64,000 nt of DNA. It comes from Sulfolobales archaeon. Lineage in GTDB: Archaea > Thermoproteota > Thermoprotei_A > Sulfolobales > AG1. The notes under the pieces were generated by a model. It was not told the origin of the DNA. It did not search any database and worked only from the letters and a program-made list of their open reading frames with translations. The stretch spans positions 512,001-576,000 of the forward strand of contig JAWBYA010000001.1 in NCBI GenBank assembly GCA_038867615.1. The letters run 5' to 3'. The stretch's first letter is position 1. Every line of letters begins with the position of its first letter. The position numbers were made by a program, and so were the translations under genes. Shown here piece by piece: positions 58,557 through 64,000 of the stretch.

Positions 58557-60344
58557 ATGATTTATGTAGGACAAACAATACTACGTGTTAATCTATCTGA
58601 TGATAGGATCGAGGAGGAGGAGCTACCCGATTCCCTTGTTGAGAAGTTCGTCGGTGGTAAGGGCTTAGCCACGTATTTCATGTATAGAGAGATTAAGCCG
58701 GGAGTAGATCCATTCTCGCCTGAGAACAAGTTCTATGTGTTTGGAGGCCCTCTGGCGCTTATCTATCCCACATTTACCAGGACAGCAATTGCTTCTAAAT
58801 CCCCACTAACAGGTCTATACTGCGACAGCTATGCCGGCGGCTCTTTCGCCATCGAGTTGAGGAGAGCCGGCTATGTAGGGATAGTTGTTGAGGGTAGGAG
58901 CGATAAGATGAAGTGTTTGAAGATAACCAAAGAGGAAAAGAGGCTTGTTGAGTGCGAGCATCTCAGGGGTAGGACTACCTATGAGGTCGGCGAGATCTTT
59001 AGAAACTACTCGGTGCTCACTATAGGCCCTGCTGGCGAGAATCTGGTGAGGTTTGCCAATGTAGCTATAGATATGAGGAAAAACCCCACCTCCAGGCCGG
59101 GAGTGGCTGGGCGTGGAGGGCTCGGTGCGGTTATGGGTTCTAAGAACTTAAAGGCTATAATACTGAGGGGCTGGCTAAAACCCGACGAGGTATCCAAGGG
59201 GGTTGATAGGAGCTTGCAGAAAGAACTGACCGATAGATATATAAAGATACTGAAGGAAGACGTGGTTCCCGGGATAGGTATTGGTGGCAACCTACCGGTG
59301 TTCAGGGTCTCTGCTATGACGAAGATCCTCCCGGTCAAGAACTTCCAAGCAGGAACCCATAAGGGGTGGGAGGAGTTAACGGATGATGCGTGGGGCGGGG
59401 TCACTGTTAACAGGATAACATGCCCCACATGTCCCCTCAGATGCGGAACCACGGTGTCGGAGAACAGATCCGTGACTGAGAGGATAGAGTACGAGACAGT
59501 AGCTATGAATGGATCCAACTTAATGATAGTTAGCCGCAAAGCATTGATAGAGATAAACAATACGCTGAACGCTCTGGGGATGGATACAATAACCATGGGC
59601 AATATAGCTGGATACCTTATGGAGCTAAGCGAGCGGGGGCTCTTAAAAGACTACAAGATCTCCTGGGGCGATGTAGAGGGCTACCTAAAACTGGTATACG
59701 ACGTAGCATATAGGAGAGGAATAGGAGACCTGCTAGCCGAAGGCCTGGCTAGAGCTTCTAAAGCACTCAATGCCGAGGAATACGCTGTACATACCAAAAA
59801 GCTAGAGATACCGGCATACGACCCAAGAAGGGTTATAGGAATGGCGCTGGCTTACGCGACAGCCGATAGAGGTGGAGATCACTTGAGAGCATGGACAGTA
59901 GCCATCGAGGTGACAACCAAGCTAACCATGGAGGAGCTCGCCAACCTGGTTAAATACCTCCAGGATAGGAACGCTGCCCTCTGGACTCTGATAGCGTGTG
60001 ACAATATACCAGGGAATTCCACAAGGCCTCCAGACGAGATGATCAAGGTATATATAGAGATGCTCAACACCATCGGATTCAACTACGACGAGAAGAGCTT
60101 TCTAGAGCTGGGTGAGAGGATCTATAACCTGTCAAGGCTATTCAACGTCAGAGAAGGCGTTGGGAGGAAGGACGACTCTCTACCGCCGAGATTCCACAAG
60201 CCTAGAGAAGACACGGGGTGGGTTATAACCAGAGAGGATTTCGAGAAAATGCTCGACATGTATTACAGCAAAAGAGGATGGGACTCCAACGGAGCCCCAC
60301 TAAGAGAAACCCTAGACAGGCTAGGGCTTGCAGACATAGCTTAG
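58557..60344 (+). CDS. aor: Tungsten/molybdopterin aldehyde:ferredoxin oxidoreductase family
   Basis: GGKGL, KSPLTG, IGPAGENLV, AGRGGLGAVMGSKNLKA, CPTCPLRC, EYET, GMDTIT, YDPR, RGGDHL. Confidence 0.92.
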   Translation: MIYVGQTILRVNLSDDRIEEEELPDSLVEKFVGGKGLATYFMYREIKPGVDPFSPENKFYVFGGPLALIYPTFTRTAIASKSPLTGLYCDSYAGGSFAIELRRAGYVGIVVEGRSDKMKCLKITKEEKRLVECEHLRGRTTYEVGEIFRNYSVLTIGPAGENLVRFANVAIDMRKNPTSRPGVAGRGGLGAVMGSKNLKAIILRGWLKPDEVSKGVDRSLQKELTDRYIKILKEDVVPGIGIGGNLPVFRVSAMTKILPVKNFQAGTHKGWEELTDDAWGGVTVNRITCPTCPLRCGTTVSENRSVTERIEYETVAMNGSNLMIVSRKALIEINNTLNALGMDTITMGNIAGYLMELSERGLLKDYKISWGDVEGYLKLVYDVAYRRGIGDLLAEGLARASKALNAEEYAVHTKKLEIPAYDPRRVIGMALAYATADRGGDHLRAWTVAIEVTTKLTMEELANLVKYLQDRNAALWTLIACDNIPGNSTRPPDEMIKVYIEMLNTIGFNYDEKSFLELGERIYNLSRLFNVREGVGRKDDSLPPRFHKPREDTGWVITREDFEKMLDMYYSKRGWDSNGAPLRETLDRLGLADIA

Positions 60345-60450
60345 CTATCTTAGCTATAATCCGATAAGGCATAACGCCCTGTTAGGCAATGAGCTGCAGA
60401 GTGATCCCGTACATTATAGCTTTATTATATATGTTTAAGTAAGCCCTTGA

Positions 60451-61641
60451 TCAAGGGTTTTTCAGCTTCGAAGCAATGATCTCGATGGCTCTCCACAGCC
60501 TCTCGCCAGGCTCCCATGCAAAGCTAAACCTAACCCATTTCTCGCCACCGCTTCCAAACAGCATTCCAGGGACTGCTATGACGCCGCTGTCTATCGCTAT
60601 TTTCCTAACCCACTCATCCGAGCCTGTTTCGAGGTATTTCGAGAGATCAGCGTATATAAATATACCTGCGCCTGGTTTTCTGAACCTGGCGTTTGGTAAT
60701 AGCTCTTCGAGTGCTTTTGAGATGATATCTCTCCTAGATCTATACTCCTCGATAACTTTTGGGAGGAATTTCTCTCTGTATCTGCCTCTCAGGTATTCTA
60801 GGACAAGGATCTGTGAGGGTACTGGGGCGTTATAGCTTGTAGCCTCCCTAGCGTGTGCAATAGCATTGGCTAGATCTTCGTTCGAGGCTATGAATCCCAG
60901 CCTCCACCCAGGGATCCCTGGATCCTTACTGAAAGTCCCCACAGTGATCACATACTCTTCGCAGTAATTCTCGGGCCACTCCCTCGAAGCCTCGTAATAG
61001 AGTGTTGAGTATGCAACATCGTGGATCAGATATACCCTCTTATCGCAAGCCAGATCTGCGAGGAGCCTGGCCTCATCCCTATCCAGAGTCCTCCCGGTAG
61101 GGTTATCCGGGTTAGCCACTATAACAGCTCTAACCTTGGAGAAGAGATCAGCCCAAGAATCGTGGGTAACGAATAGATCTGGGTAGGAGGAGATCTCGAC
61201 AACCCTATTGCCCAGAAGCCCCAGGATAGAGTAGAAGTGGAAATAGGCAGGAGTAACGATACCCACAGGATCCCCAGGATCTGTCACAGAAGCTATGCTA
61301 GCGAAAAGACCCTCGATACCGCCTGTTGTTATAACAACACCCCCCAAGGGGTTAGGCTTAACCCTCCCAAGAGAAGCCAGATCCTCGGCAACAGCCTCCC
61401 TAAGCTCGGGAATCCCTCTAGGCGAGGTATAGGTGTAGAGAGAAATATCCCCACACCTCTCAGCGAGAATCCTTGAGAGGCGGTCGATAACCTCTCTCGG
61501 AGGAGGAATCCCGGGCTGCCCAACATGGAGGCTATAATAATCCCTACCAGATCTCTTTAACATGGAAACCAGATCCTGGATCCACATGGTGGGGCTGGGC
61601 ATAATACTATAAACCCTGTGGGAGATCCCAGCAACCATCAA
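60451..61641 (-). CDS. Class I/II PLP aminotransferase
   Basis: HVGQP, NPDNPTG, HDVAY, TFSKDPGIPGWRLG. Confidence 0.9.
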   Translation of the reverse strand: MMVAGISHRVYSIMPSPTMWIQDLVSMLKRSGRDYYSLHVGQPGIPPPREVIDRLSRILAERCGDISLYTYTSPRGIPELREAVAEDLASLGRVKPNPLGGVVITTGGIEGLFASIASVTDPGDPVGIVTPAYFHFYSILGLLGNRVVEISSYPDLFVTHDSWADLFSKVRAVIVANPDNPTGRTLDRDEARLLADLACDKRVYLIHDVAYSTLYYEASREWPENYCEEYVITVGTFSKDPGIPGWRLGFIASNEDLANAIAHAREATSYNAPVPSQILVLEYLRGRYREKFLPKVIEEYRSRRDIISKALEELLPNARFRKPGAGIFIYADLSKYLETGSDEWVRKIAIDSGVIAVPGMLFGSGGEKWVRFSFAWEPGERLWRAIEIIASKLKNP

Positions 61642-61757
61642 CCCCCCACCCCCTTACAGTAAACCATAATAAATCGCCCTAATAAGAAATAACCCTAGCG
61701 CTAGGGAGATCTATTACTCGGAGATAAAGGGATCGAGATGCGGTTCTATAGTAATAT

Positions 61758-62696
61758 TTACTCTCTGTACCGGTCTGCCATAGAGCTAAGGGTGTTGGCT
61801 AGGGTTCTCATTAGTGATATCTCTATAAGTCCTTCCAGGTTGTTTAGTATCGATGCTATCTCTGCATATACTTGTGAGTGCTCCTCGGATTTCTTCATAT
61901 CTTCCTGAAGGATCTTTCTAAGCTCCTGTATATCTTCATACCTACCACTCATCTCCTCCTCGCCGCATTTGTTCTTTATGCAGTGGATTATGGTTAGTAG
62001 GACGCTTGATATCTCGTTGACGAGCTGGGGGGTCTCGCCTGGCACTATTCCGGCCTCCTCTATGCGCCATGCTATCCTGTCAAAGGAGTCGACAAGATCC
62101 TCTGAGATCTTTAATAGCGATATGCTCAACAGCATCCCGATAGTCTTGTCAATCCCGAGCTCCCTCTCGATATTCCTGAGAAGCTCCACCGCACCTGCTC
62201 TGTATGATAGATAGTAAAGGAGATCCATTTTACCCTCAATCTCATGGATCTTTCTAGCAGTATTGCTATCAAGGCTGGCAATATATCTAGCAAGATAGAG
62301 ACAAGCATTCTCTAGATATCTAAGCACCAGGAAAACAAGATCCTCGTGCTCCAGAACCTCCCCCCTATATAGAGGTGCAAGTATCCTGATCAGATCTGGA
62401 TCGCTATGAAGACCACCACCCGGGATCGTTTCCGGAGCACCTAGAGCCAAGGCCATGAGCCTCTCTTTAGCAGCAAGCCTTTCATCGGTAACACCATGCT
62501 GGGGCCTGGCAAAAACACCGGCTAAAACCGGGATCTTTGATCCCATGGGTAGAAGCGTGATAGAACCATCATTATTAAGCCTAAGCATAACCCTATCACC
62601 AGTCCTAACGCCCAGCATAGAAACCCACGCTTTTGGGAGAACAACGGCTAGAGATCTCTTGCCCACGGATACAACATGCCTCATAGCGACATACAT
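61758..62696 (-). CDS. AbrB-domain plus PhoU-like regulator
   Basis: RHVVSVGKRSLAVVLPKAWV N-terminus; IEGKMDLLYY and EDLVDSFDRIA PhoU-like helices. Confidence 0.7.
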   Translation of the reverse strand: MYVAMRHVVSVGKRSLAVVLPKAWVSMLGVRTGDRVMLRLNNDGSITLLPMGSKIPVLAGVFARPQHGVTDERLAAKERLMALALGAPETIPGGGLHSDPDLIRILAPLYRGEVLEHEDLVFLVLRYLENACLYLARYIASLDSNTARKIHEIEGKMDLLYYLSYRAGAVELLRNIERELGIDKTIGMLLSISLLKISEDLVDSFDRIAWRIEEAGIVPGETPQLVNEISSVLLTIIHCIKNKCGEEEMSGRYEDIQELRKILQEDMKKSEEHSQVYAEIASILNNLEGLIEISLMRTLANTLSSMADRYRE

Positions 62697-62907
62697 ATGA
62701 GTCCCTATACATAGTATGTAAAAGACCTAATCTATAGCCTATCCATCAGACCTATGGCTTATTGCAGAATCGATCATGTCTCTTATGGTAGCCAACGCGC
62801 TAGCCATAGATAGCTGCATCGAGGCTCGTATAAACACAGCATAAATAATATAAATCTATACGTAACGGGAGGTATAAAAAGAGGCTTGGGCAACATATCT
62901 GGGCGAG

Positions 62908-64000
62908 ATGGTGATTCCAGCAAGGAGATTCCTTGAAATAGGCATGCTGATCTTCGTAATAATATATACAGCCAGCCTAACACTAATGATCACCTCCCAG
63001 GCCCAGGAGCTAACCTTCTGCATACCATCACCAGGAAAGCTAGTCGAATTCAACCCATACTTCTACATAGCCTCACCCCCACTAACCCACGGAACCGTTG
63101 TGAAGCTCGTCTACGAAACCCTTGCTGAGGAGAAAGCGGATGGCTCTCTAGAACCCCTCCTAGCTATAAACTGGTCCGTCTCTCAGGATGGAAAAACAGT
63201 GACTATAAAATTGAGGCAAGGCGTCTCATGGCATGACGGAACCTCGTTCACATCGAAGGACGTGGCCTTTGTCTTAAACACTATCCAGAAATTCCCCCAT
63301 GGGGATGTATACAACATTGGTAGATACATAGGATCTATAGAAACACCTGACCAGACCACCGTGGTTATAAGGCTTAAAGAGCCTTTCAGCAGATTCCTAT
63401 ACTACCTCCTAACCGGTTATAGGATCTTCCCGGAGCATGTGTTCACAGACAAGGACATGTCTAACTTCACAGCAAGGGATGCACAGTATGTAGTTGGTAC
63501 AGGACCCTACAGGATCGTTGATGCTAACTTCGATACACAGACCTTCAGATTCGCTGCTTATGAGAAATACTGGGGAGGACAGCCCCAGATCAAGAGCATA
63601 GTGGCGAGAGTGATCGATGAATCGGCACCAATACCAATTATGCTGAAAACAGGGCAGTGCTCCATAGCTATGATAACCAACCCAGCCCTCGTAGCACCAG
63701 CGATCACAGACCCGAAGCTCAAAGTAGCCGCAGCAAGGGGGTGGCCTTACCAGGGCTCTTTCTACACCCCAGCAGGGCTTGTAGTGCTCAATACAGCCGT
63801 GTATCCATTGAATATAACATCCTTTAGACAGGCGCTAGCCTATGCTATAAACAAGGAGAGAATAATACAGCTAGCATTACAAGGGTTTGGCGAAGTAGCA
63901 TCATCAGGGCAGCTCCCACTATCATCCCCGTGGAGACCGCAGGATCTGAACGAGATAACGTATAACATCTCCAAAGCTAGAGAGATCCTGAGATCCCTGG
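62908..64000 (+). CDS. Peptide/nickel ABC substrate-binding protein (family 5), 3'-truncated by window edge
   Basis: Signal/TM segment; VYETL..PLLA..W..S.DG..IKLRQGVSWHDGTSFTSKDV, VGTGPYR, FRQALAYAINK. Absent from the ORF track because there is no stop in the window. Confidence 0.88.
   Translation, partial: MVIPARRFLEIGMLIFVIIYTASLTLMITSQAQELTFCIPSPGKLVEFNPYFYIASPPLTHGTVVKLVYETLAEEKADGSLEPLLAINWSVSQDGKTVTIKLRQGVSWHDGTSFTSKDVAFVLNTIQKFPHGDVYNIGRYIGSIETPDQTTVVIRLKEPFSRFLYYLLTGYRIFPEHVFTDKDMSNFTARDAQYVVGTGPYRIVDANFDTQTFRFAAYEKYWGGQPQIKSIVARVIDESAPIPIMLKTGQCSIAMITNPALVAPAITDPKLKVAAARGWPYQGSFYTPAGLVVLNTAVYPLNITSFRQALAYAINKERIIQLALQGFGEVASSGQLPLSSPWRPQDLNEITYNISKAREILRSL

Noticed and set aside
1-64000. 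tRNA, rRNA, CRISPR arrays, cas genes, integrase/provirus
   Set aside because: No cloverleaf, rRNA-like tract, repeat-spacer periodicity or matching proteins were seen by eye. The many short antisense ORFs in the track are shadows of real genes.

Overview
This looks like a gene-dense stretch of a hyperthermophilic crenarchaeal (Thermoproteota, Desulfurococcales/Sulfolobales-like) chromosome. The assignment rests on archaeal AdkA, Dph2, TFS, Nep1, a MoaD-MoaE fusion, AOR, PaREP1 and TATA-type promoters. Housekeeping and metabolic content includes ECF, BMP-type nucleoside, Liv, Nat-like and peptide ABC transporters, ahcY and acs. There is a glycosylation island (GT2/GT4, rmlA/C/D) and a bacterial-type inositol catabolic cluster (iolC, iolD, iolB, iolE-like). 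The most interesting part is 23.7-25.9 kb. It holds (i) a canonical fluoride (crcB) riboswitch in front of an uncharacterised, apparently frameshifted coiled-coil gene, with no fluoride exporter nearby. It also holds (ii) two diverged copies of a small element with a shared end, a TATA box and a covarying structured RNA (IS110 bridge-RNA-like). One copy is a clean ~347-bp insertion that splits a coiled-coil/PD-(D/E)xK gene. Also seen: IS200/IS605 (TnpB) remnants, including two copies of a 3'-end/omega-RNA-like segment; several inactivated toxin genes; a TudS-like protein with a degenerate partner; very high GATC density; and an orientation-independent GT/AC skew radiating from intergenic sites. 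No tRNA, rRNA or CRISPR array was recognised. All calls come from reading motifs by eye; no database searches were run.
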